This document shows, in pieces, positions 1 to 9,032 of a stretch of 64,000 nt of DNA; position 1 is the first letter of the stretch, and every line of letters starts with the position of its first letter. Origin of the DNA: an uncultured bacterium. Its GTDB lineage: Bacteria; Armatimonadota; HRBIN16. The notes under the pieces were generated by a model. The model made no database searches. It saw only the letters and a list, made by a program, of their open reading frames with translations, and had not been told where the DNA came from. The stretch spans positions 6,288 through 70,287 of the forward strand of contig CAZYPZ010000023.1 in NCBI GenBank assembly GCA_964650005.1. The letters are read 5' to 3'. A program made the translations under genes and the position numbers.

Positions 1-289
1 GTAAGGGCCAGGTAAACATTTTCAACGGCACATGCCGGGGCGCGCGTTGCGCGCGAAGCGCCTCGAACCGGGAGTGAATGGCCTGCTTCTGGGCCTCGGT
101 CAATGCGGAGAGGATCGCCACATTGATGCCCGGCCATATGGGCGAGTTCTCTCTGCGTCCGCTTTCGCCGTTTCCATGGGCGCCATGCAAGACGGTATAC
201 GCCGCACCTTCATCCAGAAACATCTGAATAATCTGCTCGGACACGCCGGCGTCGCAGACAACCAACGCCATGAGCATCTTTTCGTTCAT
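1..289 (-). CDS. P-II/GlnB-like small protein, partial (C-terminus runs off the window start)
   Basis: Minus-strand ORF with ATG at 289..287 and a GGAAGGAG Shine-Dalgarno 6 nt upstream. There is no stop before position 1 (96 codons, hand-translated). The GAAYTVLHGAHGNGESG motif resembles the GlnB T-loop region (G-x-T-V-x-x-x-x-G-x-G). It lies 15 bp downstream of the TPR gene's stop. It is not in the ORF track because it is open-ended. Confidence 0.4.
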   Translation of the reverse strand, partial: MNEKMLMALVVCDAGVSEQIIQMFLDEGAAYTVLHGAHGNGESGRRENSPIWPGINVAILSALTEAQKQAIHSRFEALRAQRAPRHVPLKMFTWPL

Positions 290-303
290 TCCCGTCTCCT
301 TCC

Positions 304-1932
304 TCAACGTGTCGGGCCGGCTGCCGGTCCCAGCGTCTTCACCGCCGCGCCAGCCTCACGGACCGCTTCCATCAGCGCCAATTCCGCCTCATCTTTGGCG
401 TTTGTATCATCGGTCTCCAGATAGACCTGCAGCCGAGACACGGCCTGCTCGGCGAGGCGTAGAGCCAGCGCGAGTCCCTCCCGGGCGTCCATCTGCGGCG
501 GCAGTGGCTGCAGCATATCCAATAGGGCGTGCAGCGATGCGACATCGGCCGTACTGTCTTTCAGTGTTCGGAAAAGCGCTTCCCGGGTGATCTGTCCGCG
601 CGCCCGGGAGCCAGTGGCCTCCATGGTGCGTGACCGGATCCGATCGATCGCGCTGACCATGTCCTGAGCGACCGCCCGAAACACGTAGGCTCTTAACGCC
701 TCTTCATCGCGCGGGATCAGTTGCGCCACCACACTCAAGGGCTGCCGGGCGAGATCCGGACGGCCGCGCAACAGCGCCAGGCGAGCCAGGCGCAGCTGCG
801 GTTCATACCGGCCGGGCGCCAGTTCGGCTGCCTTCGCAAAGTACCGTTCCGCGGCGTCCAGTTTGCCGGCGTTCCATTGCAGATCGCCCAGCTTCATCCA
901 GGCGTCGGGATTCTCCGGTTGACTCTCCGCCAGCTTCAAAAACAGCTTTTCGGCCGCATCGAATCGGCCGGATGTGACATACGCCTCCGCCAGCGCGTCA
1001 CTGATGGCGGTGACATCGGTGACCAGCAGAGCGGCGCGTTCCGCCTCGGCTACCGCCTCTTCGTCCATCCCGCGCGCGAGATAGCTCTCCACCAGTTTTC
1101 GCCGAGGTGCCGCACTGAACGGATCCAGGTCGGCGGCGCGCCGGAAGAGATCGATAGCGGTGGCGAAGTCTTTGGCCTGCATGGCGCGCTCGCCGGACTC
1201 GTAGGCCTCTTTCGCCTGTTCGGTCGCGGCGATGGAGACGAGCAGCGCTCCTGTTGTGGAGGGCGCGCCGGTGGTTGACCCGGGGGCGGGTGACGAAGGG
1301 CGTTCCGCAGGCGTGTCATCGGGTTGCATCAGTACCGGCAGACCCGCCAAGGGACCGCTGGTCAGCGCGTTGACCAACTCCGCGGCGGCCGCCCGGATGG
1401 TGCTCGTTGCGTCTACTCGAGGGGAGGCGTTGGCGCCGACTGCCACGGCTACGGGGGCGGTGCGTACGGTCTGCTTCCAAGCGCCCCCTCCGGTCGCTTC
1501 ACGCCATTCGATATCCGCGCGGATGACGTCCTGCGCCACAGCGGCGAGGTCGGTTTTCCGGGCGCCACGCGGTGCTTTGGGGGTGGTGGGCGCGTCGCGT
1601 TCCCATCGGGCCGACACCACACCGATGTAGCGCGCCTGCATCGCCTTGGCGATGGCGGACTGCTGGCGCGGGTTCGGGTTGTCCGGCGCGTCGCCGGATG
1701 CCAGTTGCTTCTCAAGCACCAGCCGCTGGATGGATGGATCGCGGGCGTCGTACACCCAAGCCTGAACGCGTCCTGTCTGGCTGAGCAGAGACGCAAACGC
1801 GGCTGCGATCTCCAACGAGCCGCTCTGCCCGGCGTCCTTCGTGCGAAACACGACCGTCAGCGGCGCCTGCGGCGCGGCCGATGCAGCTCCGGCTAACACC
1901 AGGCCGACGCATAACAGAATGATCGGGATCAT
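304..1932 (-). CDS. TPR-repeat protein with N-terminal signal peptide
   Basis: ORF 304..2085. The start was moved to the ATG at 1932 (MRRMIPIILLCVGLVLAGAASA signal peptide), which overlaps the upstream gene's TGA in an ATGA arrangement. The product is long alpha-helical with TPR-like repeats. Confidence 0.65.
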   Translation of the reverse strand: MIPIILLCVGLVLAGAASAAPQAPLTVVFRTKDAGQSGSLEIAAAFASLLSQTGRVQAWVYDARDPSIQRLVLEKQLASGDAPDNPNPRQQSAIAKAMQARYIGVVSARWERDAPTTPKAPRGARKTDLAAVAQDVIRADIEWREATGGGAWKQTVRTAPVAVAVGANASPRVDATSTIRAAAAELVNALTSGPLAGLPVLMQPDDTPAERPSSPAPGSTTGAPSTTGALLVSIAATEQAKEAYESGERAMQAKDFATAIDLFRRAADLDPFSAAPRRKLVESYLARGMDEEAVAEAERAALLVTDVTAISDALAEAYVTSGRFDAAEKLFLKLAESQPENPDAWMKLGDLQWNAGKLDAAERYFAKAAELAPGRYEPQLRLARLALLRGRPDLARQPLSVVAQLIPRDEEALRAYVFRAVAQDMVSAIDRIRSRTMEATGSRARGQITREALFRTLKDSTADVASLHALLDMLQPLPPQMDAREGLALALRLAEQAVSRLQVYLETDDTNAKDEAELALMEAVREAGAAVKTLGPAAGPTR

Positions 1933-3230
1933 CCGCCGCATGACCGTAACCCCTGCTGGCTGGTCTTGATGTCTTCTTTCGCGCGGGCGTCGTTGGGATT
2001 GGCTTCCAGTTGAGCCTCGGCGGCCTTGATGGCCCGGGAAAACGCCTGTCGGGCGGCCGACATGTCGCCGGAGGCCCGGTAACAAAAACCGATCTGCTGA
2101 TGGATGAACGACTGCTGGGATGCCGGCGCATAGTTCAAGGCCCGATTATACGCCGCAATCGCCGCCTGATAGTTCTGCTTCATCTGTTGATCGCGCGCGG
2201 TGCGCATCAGCACATCCGCGTGCATCGACCCCGGAGGCATCACCGTGCCAGAAGAACCCTGTTGTGCAGACGGCTGGGTGCGGACACGAATCTCATAGAC
2301 CGGCTTGGGCGTGTTATCATCGCCCGCGGACTGATCGCCGTCGTCATTCGCGGGCGGTTCCGGCTTGGTGTTCGACGGGCGCGAGGTGTCACTGCCGGGC
2401 GGCGTACTGACCGGAGGCGCTGAGGATCCCCCGGGTGTGGATGGTGCGGTGGTCAGCGGCGGCAGCGGCGCGACGGGAAGCGGAGGCTGCGAGTCGTTGG
2501 ATGGCCGCTGGATGGGTGGCGTGACCTGCGTATGGTCCGTGTTCGGTGTTGTCGGCGGGGGTGACTGCGTTTGCGGTTCCGGGTTGACCGGTTGAATCGC
2601 CGGTTGCTGCGGGTATTGCGGATACTGCGGGTACTGTGGGTACTGCGCCTGCGGACCCTGGCCCGGCGCGGCGGGAGCGCCTGTTTGAGGCGTATGGGCG
2701 GGCCGCTGGGTGATCAGCAGTCCGGCGATCAGCACCACCGCGAACACGGCGATGCCCACCAGCAAAGGGACCATCTCAGGATTCCATGCCGTCCCGGCGC
2801 GTTGAGGCGCCAGGGTGGTTGGATAGGTTCCCTGGCTTACCCGACGCTGCAGGTCCTGCAGCTTGGCGCGATCGGCGACGCTGTCCGGGTTCAGTTTGAC
2901 GACCTTTTCATACTCGGCAATCGCCCGTTGCAGGTCACCTTTTCTTTCATAGATGAGACCAAGCAGCGAGCGGGCGGAGGTGTTGGCCGGGTCCAAGGTG
3001 AGCACCGCTTCGCAGGCGAGCGTCGCTTCCTGCAGCAGACCTTCATGTTCGTAATGCAGCGCCTCATCCAGCAGCTTGCGGATGTGTTCCGGATCCGGAG
3101 GGGTGGTGTCCATCTCTTCCGCGGTCAGTTGCTTACGGTGCAGAGCCGCCATGGGACGGCCGCAGACGTGACAGAAATGCGCCTCTGTGTTCAGTTTGGC
3201 GCCGCAGTCAGGACAGAACACGGTCGTCAC
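1929..3230 (-). CDS. Zinc-ribbon/TPR bitopic membrane protein with Pro/Gln-rich low-complexity segment
   Basis: N-terminal CPDCG...CHVCG zinc ribbon, TPR repeats, one transmembrane helix, a (YPQ)n and Pro-rich region, and C-terminal TPR repeats. Confidence 0.65.
   Translation of the reverse strand: MTTVFCPDCGAKLNTEAHFCHVCGRPMAALHRKQLTAEEMDTTPPDPEHIRKLLDEALHYEHEGLLQEATLACEAVLTLDPANTSARSLLGLIYERKGDLQRAIAEYEKVVKLNPDSVADRAKLQDLQRRVSQGTYPTTLAPQRAGTAWNPEMVPLLVGIAVFAVVLIAGLLITQRPAHTPQTGAPAAPGQGPQAQYPQYPQYPQYPQQPAIQPVNPEPQTQSPPPTTPNTDHTQVTPPIQRPSNDSQPPLPVAPLPPLTTAPSTPGGSSAPPVSTPPGSDTSRPSNTKPEPPANDDGDQSAGDDNTPKPVYEIRVRTQPSAQQGSSGTVMPPGSMHADVLMRTARDQQMKQNYQAAIAAYNRALNYAPASQQSFIHQQIGFCYRASGDMSAARQAFSRAIKAAEAQLEANPNDARAKEDIKTSQQGLRSCGG
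2602..2646. repeat. 9-bp tandem repeat x5 (GGGTAYTGC-like) encoding the (YPQ)n tract inside the CDS
   Basis: The units ggttgctgc, gggtattgc, ggatactgc, gggtactgt and gggtactgc occur in tandem. Confidence 0.6.
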
Positions 3231-3235
3231 CTCCT

Positions 3236-4291
3236 TTACAGCAGACGGGGTTGGGTCATATCGGCAGGCGGCGTCACGCCCAAGTGCTCGAACGCCAAAC
3301 GCGTAGCGGTACGGCCCCGCGGGGTGCGATTGATCATACCGATCTGGATCAGATAGGGCTCGTAGACATCCTCGATCGTATCGCGTTCCTCATTCGTGGC
3401 CGCCGCCAGCGTGTCCAGACCGACCGGGCCGCCGTCGAACTTGGCCACGATCATGTGCAGGAAACGCCGATCGAACTCATCGAGTCCCAGCGCGTCCACG
3501 TCCAAGCGGTCCAGCGCCTCACGAGCGACAGGGCCTGTGATGGCGCCTGACGCCTCGACCTGGGCGAAGTCACGCACGCGGCGAAGCAGCCGGTTGGCGA
3601 TACGTGGTGTGCCCCGAGAGCGTTTGGCCAGCTCCGCGGCGCCTTCCCGATCGATGGACGCCTGCAGGATGGATGCCGAGCGCCAGATGATCTGTTCCAG
3701 TTCCGCCGGTTCGTAGAACGAAAAATAGAGATTGATGCCGAAGCGGGCGCGTAAGGGAGAGCTGATCAGCCCGGCGCGTGTGGTCGCGCCCACCAGTGTG
3801 AAACGCGGCAGGTCTATCTTGATGGTGCGTGCAGCCGGACCTTTTCCGATGACCAGGTCGAGCTGCGAGTCCTCGAGCGCCGGGTACAGGATCTCTTCCA
3901 CGGGACGGCTGAGCCGGTGGATCTCATCCACGAACAGCACGCTGCCCGGCTCCAGATTAGTCAGAATCGCCGCGAGATCGCCCGGTCGCTCGATCGCGGG
4001 GCCGGAGGTGGATCGGATCACGGCATCCATTTCACACGCGATGATCTGCGCCATGGTGGTTTTGCCGAGGCCGGGAGGTCCGTACAGCAGCACATGATCC
4101 AGCGTCTCGCCGCGTTGACGCGCCGCGTCGATGAACACGCGCAGATTCGCACGCATCTTCTGTTGGCCCACAAACTCGTCCAGTCGCCTGGGGCGCAGCG
4201 CCGGCTCGTCGCGCAGGTCCGACCCGATAATCCCGGGGGCGGTCAATCGCTCGGCGGGGGCTGGGGTTATCTGATCATCCGGGCGTCTCAT
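3236..4291 (-). CDS. ruvB: Holliday junction branch migration ATPase RuvB
   Basis: Walker A motif GPPGLGKTT and the overall AAA+ RuvB pattern. It sits adjacent to ruvA. Confidence 0.95.
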   Translation of the reverse strand: MRRPDDQITPAPAERLTAPGIIGSDLRDEPALRPRRLDEFVGQQKMRANLRVFIDAARQRGETLDHVLLYGPPGLGKTTMAQIIACEMDAVIRSTSGPAIERPGDLAAILTNLEPGSVLFVDEIHRLSRPVEEILYPALEDSQLDLVIGKGPAARTIKIDLPRFTLVGATTRAGLISSPLRARFGINLYFSFYEPAELEQIIWRSASILQASIDREGAAELAKRSRGTPRIANRLLRRVRDFAQVEASGAITGPVAREALDRLDVDALGLDEFDRRFLHMIVAKFDGGPVGLDTLAAATNEERDTIEDVYEPYLIQIGMINRTPRGRTATRLAFEHLGVTPPADMTQPRLL

Positions 4292-4307
4292 CGGGTGTGT
4301 CTGCCTC

Positions 4308-4904
4308 TCAGCCCTTTCGCGTCAGCAGCTGCAACGCGGCGCGGATCAGTTCCGCGGGTTCTGCATCCGGGGAGTCGCGCCGGCATGTCTCCACCGCCCG
4401 AGACGCATCGGCACGGGTGTATCCCAATGCGACCAGTGCAGCCGTCGCGTCTTCGGCAGACAACCGTTCGGTTTCTGCGGCCGCGCCACGATGCATCAGG
4501 TTCAGTTCCGCAGCGCGCTCGCGCAGCTCCAGCACCATCCGTTCAGCGATCCGCATGCCGATACCCGGCGTGGCCGCCAGCGCCCGTGCATCGCCATTGG
4601 CCAGTGCGGAGAGGACCCGGGATGCGGAGAGCGTGCTGACACAACTGAGCGCCAATCGTGGTCCGACTCCGCTGACCGAGGTCAGCAGTTCGAAGACGAC
4701 GCGCTCTTCCGGCGATGCGAATCCGTACAACGCCATATCGTCCTCACGCACCACCTGAACGGTATGCAGAAACACCTGATCTCCCACCTCGGCCATCTGC
4801 GCAGCGGCCTCGGTCACCTGAACACGGTAACCGACGCCATGTACATCGACGACCAGCGCGCAGCCGTGTTTCGCTGTGACGGCGCCGCGCAGATGCGCAA
4901 TCAT
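4308..4904 (-). CDS. ruvA: Holliday junction DNA helicase subunit RuvA
   Basis: Typical RuvA N-terminus MIAHLRG...[10 protein letters not shown], about 198 aa. Confidence 0.9.
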   Translation of the reverse strand: MIAHLRGAVTAKHGCALVVDVHGVGYRVQVTEAAAQMAEVGDQVFLHTVQVVREDDMALYGFASPEERVVFELLTSVSGVGPRLALSCVSTLSASRVLSALANGDARALAATPGIGMRIAERMVLELRERAAELNLMHRGAAAETERLSAEDATAALVALGYTRADASRAVETCRRDSPDAEPAELIRAALQLLTRKG

Positions 4905-4911
4905 ACCGGTA

Positions 4912-5781
4912 TCAATACACCACTTTGCGCAGCGGGTATTCGACGATACCCGATGCGCCGGCGCGCTTCAGGGGTGGGATCAGATCACGCGCCACCTTGA
5001 TGTCCAATATGGTCTCCACGGCAACCCATTCCGGGTCGGACAGTTGCGAGATTGTCGGGTTCTTCAGCGCCGGCAAAACCCCCAGTACCTGTTGCAGATC
5101 GTCCTGCCGAACGTTCATTTTCAACCCCACCAGGTTGTCGGCGTGCAGCGCCGCGGTGAGCAGCATGGCGATATTCTCGGCCTTTTCGCGCTTCCACGGG
5201 TCATTCCAGGCCGTCCGGTTCATGACCAAGCGGGGAGTCGAAACGATCAGCGTGTCGATGATGCGCAAATTGTGCGCCCGCAGGCTGCTTCCCGTCTCGG
5301 TGTTCACCACGATCGCATCCACGAGGTTGGGCACCTTCATCTCACAGGCGCCCCACGAGAACTCCACATCGGCGCTCACGTGGTGCTGCTGGAGGTATCG
5401 TTCGGTCAGCCGTACATATTCGGTGGCGATCCGCTTTCCGTTGAGCTGCTCGACGGACTGGATGGTGCTGTCGTTGTGTACGGCCAAAACCACTCGAACC
5501 GGATTGCGGGTGACTTTGGAGTAGGTGAGATCCGCCAGCTCCACCACATCGACCCCATTGTCCTCGATCCAATCCTGACCGCTCAATCCGCAGTCGAGCA
5601 CCCCCTGCTGCACGTAACGCGGTATCTCCTGCGGGCGAATAAGTCGGGCATCCAGTTCCGGGTCATCTACTGACGGTTCATATGAGCGTGAGGAGACACG
5701 CATGGAAAATCCGGCCTTTTGAAAAAGGTCGAACGTGGCATCTTGCAAGCTGCCTTTAGGCAGACCTATTGTCAATTTCAC
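4912..5781 (-). CDS. hisG: ATP phosphoribosyltransferase (long form)
   Basis: MKLTIGLPKGSLQDATFDLFQKAGF HisG N-terminus; 289 aa with a C-terminal regulatory domain; GTG start. Confidence 0.9.
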   Translation of the reverse strand: MKLTIGLPKGSLQDATFDLFQKAGFSMRVSSRSYEPSVDDPELDARLIRPQEIPRYVQQGVLDCGLSGQDWIEDNGVDVVELADLTYSKVTRNPVRVVLAVHNDSTIQSVEQLNGKRIATEYVRLTERYLQQHHVSADVEFSWGACEMKVPNLVDAIVVNTETGSSLRAHNLRIIDTLIVSTPRLVMNRTAWNDPWKREKAENIAMLLTAALHADNLVGLKMNVRQDDLQQVLGVLPALKNPTISQLSDPEWVAVETILDIKVARDLIPPLKRAGASGIVEYPLRKVVY

Positions 5782-5875
5782 GGGGTTTTCGTTTCCTATA
5801 TGTTGATATCGTTTGTGCCTCTCTTATTATACGGGAGTGTATGCAGGGGTGTGCGGAGTGGTGAGCAAACGGAAA

Positions 5876-5902
5876 GGGACAGCGCACGTTGTGCGCTGTC
5901 CC
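5876..5902 (-). terminator. Intrinsic terminator hairpin (12-bp perfect stem GGGACAGCGCAC / GTGCGCTGTCCC, 3-nt loop)
   Basis: Perfect palindrome directly downstream (minus sense) of the small ORF 5921..6109. It is followed by a T-rich stretch on both strands. Confidence 0.6.
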
Positions 5903-5920
5903 TTTGCAAGGGCGTACGGC

Positions 5921-6109
5921 TTATCGGCCGCTGGGAGGCGGTGGCGCCGGCACCGACTGGCCGGGCGTCAGTTCCAGTGTGTCCATGTACTTTTTATGCT
6001 CGGCCGGGGCGCTGCCCTGACCGGAAAAGTGCCAGATCAGGCCGCCCAGCACAACAACCACCACCACGATGATGGCGACCACGGCCGGCATTGGCAATTC
6101 TTTTTTCAT
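5921..6109 (-). CDS. Small single-TM membrane protein (62 aa)
   Basis: AGGAG Shine-Dalgarno 9 nt upstream of the ATG. Hydrophobic helix VVAIIVVVVVVLGGLIW. Bracketed by two intrinsic terminators. Confidence 0.4.
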   Translation of the reverse strand: MKKELPMPAVVAIIVVVVVVLGGLIWHFSGQGSAPAEHKKYMDTLELTPGQSVPAPPPPSGR

Positions 6110-6165
6110 GACAGGTGCTCCTGCGTCAGCGGTAGTACGATGCGTCTCTGTGCGCCGGGCACAGT

Positions 6166-6192
6166 GAAAACCGGCGGAGTTGCCTCCGCCGG
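6166..6192 (-). terminator. Intrinsic terminator (9-bp stem CCGGCGGAG / CTCCGCCGG, 4-nt loop, U-tract on minus strand)
   Basis: The hairpin is followed on the minus strand by TTTTC. It lies 29 bp downstream of the DUF1559 gene stop. Confidence 0.6.
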
Positions 6193-6220
6193 TGACGCGC
6201 GGTCTGCGACCGCAGGCTGA

Positions 6221-6979
6221 TTAGTAACCGGTTCCGGTGCGGCCGTCGCAGTCCGCGAGGCTCCAGAAGCGGTAGTCGGTGACCATGCTCTCGGTGGTGC
6301 GGAACTTCGCATGACCATCGCAGTAGGCCACATTCATACCGTCGCCGTGACGGGGATAGGCGGCCTCACCCAGCACGCCGATCAGCACCGTCTTGCCGCC
6401 GGTGCGGTCGATGTTGTTCCACCCCGGATCGGGGAACCAGTGGTTCCACCAGCAGTTGCTGTTCTCGATGATCATCGAGGATTGCGTTGGGTACTGCATG
6501 ATCGACTCAGTGACAGGATAGCTGGTCTTGGCCCACTCCCAGCCAGCGACGCCGGCGGTCTGAAGGGTACCCTCGGGCCAGTGCCAACCATGGCACATGT
6601 TCATAGCGTAGCGGGTGCCTTGCAGGCTGCCCGGCCAGTATGTGTTGGGGTCGAGCGGGGTGGTGACGTCAACGCGATTGGGTCCGCCCGGGCACGCGAA
6701 CATGGTGCGGCTCTTGACGTAATTCAGGATCTTGTCGGCCCAGATGATGCGGCCCTTAGGATAGCCGCGGGTGTCATCATAAACCGAAGCGTAGCCGCCG
6801 TCATAATCGTCGGCATACATGGTCATGGCCAGCCCAAGCTGCTTCATATTGGACAGACAGGATGTGGCTTTGGCCTTCTCGCGGGCCTGTGCAAACACAG
6901 GGAACAGGATGGCTGCCAGGATGGCGATAATCGCGATCACTACCAGCAACTCGATGAGCGTAAAGCCGTTGCGTTTCAT
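6221..6979 (-). CDS. Prepilin-type N-terminal cleavage/methylation domain protein with DUF1559 (H-X9-DG) domain
   Basis: N-terminus [36 protein letters not shown] is a class III signal peptide. The C-terminal [13 protein letters not shown] matches the H-X9-DG motif. Confidence 0.85.
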   Translation of the reverse strand: MKRNGFTLIELLVVIAIIAILAAILFPVFAQAREKAKATSCLSNMKQLGLAMTMYADDYDGGYASVYDDTRGYPKGRIIWADKILNYVKSRTMFACPGGPNRVDVTTPLDPNTYWPGSLQGTRYAMNMCHGWHWPEGTLQTAGVAGWEWAKTSYPVTESIMQYPTQSSMIIENSNCWWNHWFPDPGWNNIDRTGGKTVLIGVLGEAAYPRHGDGMNVAYCDGHAKFRTTESMVTDYRFWSLADCDGRTGTGY

Positions 6980-7055
6980 CTCGGCTCCTTTCAGGTGATG
7001 CGGTCAATGCGTCCCTTGACGCCGGCGCCTGCTCGAAAGCGCCCAATCTATGCCT

Positions 7056-7124
7056 CAGTATATCGCAGTTCGTTGCGAGTAAACAGTATATCCAGGTCGT
7101 TTTTTTTACGTTTTTTTTCTGATT
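7056..7124. promoter_or_regulatory. Divergent promoter region with 2x CAGTATATC direct repeat (28-bp spacing) and twin T8 tracts
   Basis: CAGTATATC occurs at 7056..7064 and 7084..7092. CGTTTTTTTT occurs twice at 7098..7124. The setting is a roughly 65% GC background. Confidence 0.3.
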
Positions 7125-7212
7125 TGCACAACACTTGGGCCAGAGCACCTTTGGACGAAAGCCTGTGTGTTCCTGGTAAACTGCGTCTATACGTGTGCTG
7201 TGGAGGAGATGC

Positions 7213-8151
7213 ATGATAAGACCGCGGCTGGCGTCATCCAAGCTGTCTGTACATCTCATCGGCGACTATTCCACCGGCGCTCAACGGATCGTTGCTGAGG
7301 GGCCGCGCCTGCTCAAGGCGTTCACCATGGAGACGAAAGGTTTGGTGCGCGACCGCGCCCAAATGCACGCTTTGACGGATTACAAAAGCCGGTGGCCGGA
7401 TGGGGTGACGGTCCTGCGCGTGTATACCACCGGTATCCGCTTCGAAAGAACAGACGATCCGGTACAGGCGGCCCGAACCTACTGGACGGAAGGCATGGGA
7501 CCATTTCTGGCCGGTTGCGGCGCGCGTGAGCGGCGACTGGTGGATTATCTCGAAGGTCCCAACGAAGGCGAGGTCTATCCGGCCTGGGAGTCGGTCGCGA
7601 ACGCACGCTGGTACGCCCGTTTCTGGGTTGAACTGGTAAACCTGATGCACGCCGATGGATGGCGTGCGTGCGTTGGCAGCATCCCGGTTGGCAACCCGCC
7701 GGGCAATGTGCAGGAAATGGGCGACCGCATCGAGGCGTTTGCCCCCGCGTTGCGCTATGCAGCGCGGCGAGGTGGAAGCTGGAGCTATCACAGCTACACA
7801 CTGGATTACACTACCGACGTGGGCGGCGAGATGTGGACTTCGTTACGTTACAGGTTCCTGTTGCGGCGACTGCGCGCGAACTGGCCGGATGTGTGGCGCA
7901 TGCCGTTGTTGCTGACAGAGGCCGGAGTCGACCGCCAGGGCGATCGCGAGCACGATGGCTGGCAGGCGCGTGGCGATGCCAAGCGATTTACGGACTGGCT
8001 GAGTTGGTATGACCAACGACTGCAGGAAGACACGCAGGTGGTGGGCGCCACACTGTTCCAGATCGGAGACAGCTGGTGGTCGTCCTTCAACGTGGAGCCC
8101 ATTGCCGAATGGCTGGCGGAGCATCTGCGCCGTTCACGCCGGACCGATTGA
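7213..8151 (+). CDS. Glycoside hydrolase, clan GH-A (GH5-like) TIM-barrel candidate
   Basis: LEGPNEGE (NEP acid/base-like) and LLLTEAG (nucleophile-like) motifs. The start was moved to the ATG at 7213, which lies behind GGAGGAG; the track start at 7195 is GTG. Confidence 0.5.
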   Translation: MIRPRLASSKLSVHLIGDYSTGAQRIVAEGPRLLKAFTMETKGLVRDRAQMHALTDYKSRWPDGVTVLRVYTTGIRFERTDDPVQAARTYWTEGMGPFLAGCGARERRLVDYLEGPNEGEVYPAWESVANARWYARFWVELVNLMHADGWRACVGSIPVGNPPGNVQEMGDRIEAFAPALRYAARRGGSWSYHSYTLDYTTDVGGEMWTSLRYRFLLRRLRANWPDVWRMPLLLTEAGVDRQGDREHDGWQARGDAKRFTDWLSWYDQRLQEDTQVVGATLFQIGDSWWSSFNVEPIAEWLAEHLRRSRRTD

Positions 8152-8156
8152 CCTGC

Positions 8157-9032
8157 CTAAAGCGCGTGTGATCGGCGTAAGCCGGTGCGGTCGATCGACA
8201 CAATGTGCGTCGCGCCGTGATCCAGCAAGTACTGGCGCGCTTGGTCGATATACAGGCCGACGTGATCGGGATGATGGCTGTCGTCTCCGAAACAGAGCGG
8301 TATGCCCAGCTCGATTGCGCGTGTGACCAAATGCGGAGCGGGGTATGGGTGCCCGAATCCCAGCCGGTATCCGGCCAGGTTGATGTCCAATATCGCCCCG
8401 GCGCGGCGTATCACCTGCAGCGTGTCCTCTGCCGCCTGAAGTATTCTGTCGGAATCGACATCGCCGTGAAGTCGTCCGATCTTGCGGATCAGGTCGAGGT
8501 GTCCCACCACGTCCGGCTTCACCGCCTCCACCACTTCAGACAGTGTGCGATAATACGCCACTGCGAGTGACGTCAATCCGCCGCATCGCCGCACCGCCTC
8601 GTCGAACTCTTCCGGCTCCCCATCGATGCTGACCTCGGCCACATAGTGGGCAGATCCCACCACATAGTCCAGTGGGTACTCTTTCCGATACGCCCGTGCC
8701 GTATCCAGCCAAGAGTCATCGGGCACATTGTCTGTCTCCATACCGGCTAGAAACACCATGCCGCCATCCTGATTCTCTTGAACTTCCCGCGCGGTGCGCA
8801 TGAACCGATCGAAACCGTCGATCAATGTTTGCACGCTCCAGCCCAGCTCGCGCTCCCTGCGGTACAGAAAGCGCGCGTCCATGCGAGGCATATGCTCGGA
8901 ACAGCCATATACGACAAACCCGCGGTCACACGCTATATGTACGCGTTCCGTCAGCGTGCCTTGCGCGTGGTCGCACCAGGGCGCACAGTGCCCGCCATGC
9001 AGCGACACGCGCCACGACTCAGGCATGCTCAT
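8157..9032 (-). CDS. hisK: Histidinol-phosphatase, PHP family
   Basis: PHP-domain metal-binding pattern (HGGHCAPWCDHA...). The ATG overlaps the nadB TGA in an ATGA arrangement. Confidence 0.7.
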   Translation of the reverse strand: MSMPESWRVSLHGGHCAPWCDHAQGTLTERVHIACDRGFVVYGCSEHMPRMDARFLYRRERELGWSVQTLIDGFDRFMRTAREVQENQDGGMVFLAGMETDNVPDDSWLDTARAYRKEYPLDYVVGSAHYVAEVSIDGEPEEFDEAVRRCGGLTSLAVAYYRTLSEVVEAVKPDVVGHLDLIRKIGRLHGDVDSDRILQAAEDTLQVIRRAGAILDINLAGYRLGFGHPYPAPHLVTRAIELGIPLCFGDDSHHPDHVGLYIDQARQYLLDHGATHIVSIDRTGLRRSHAL

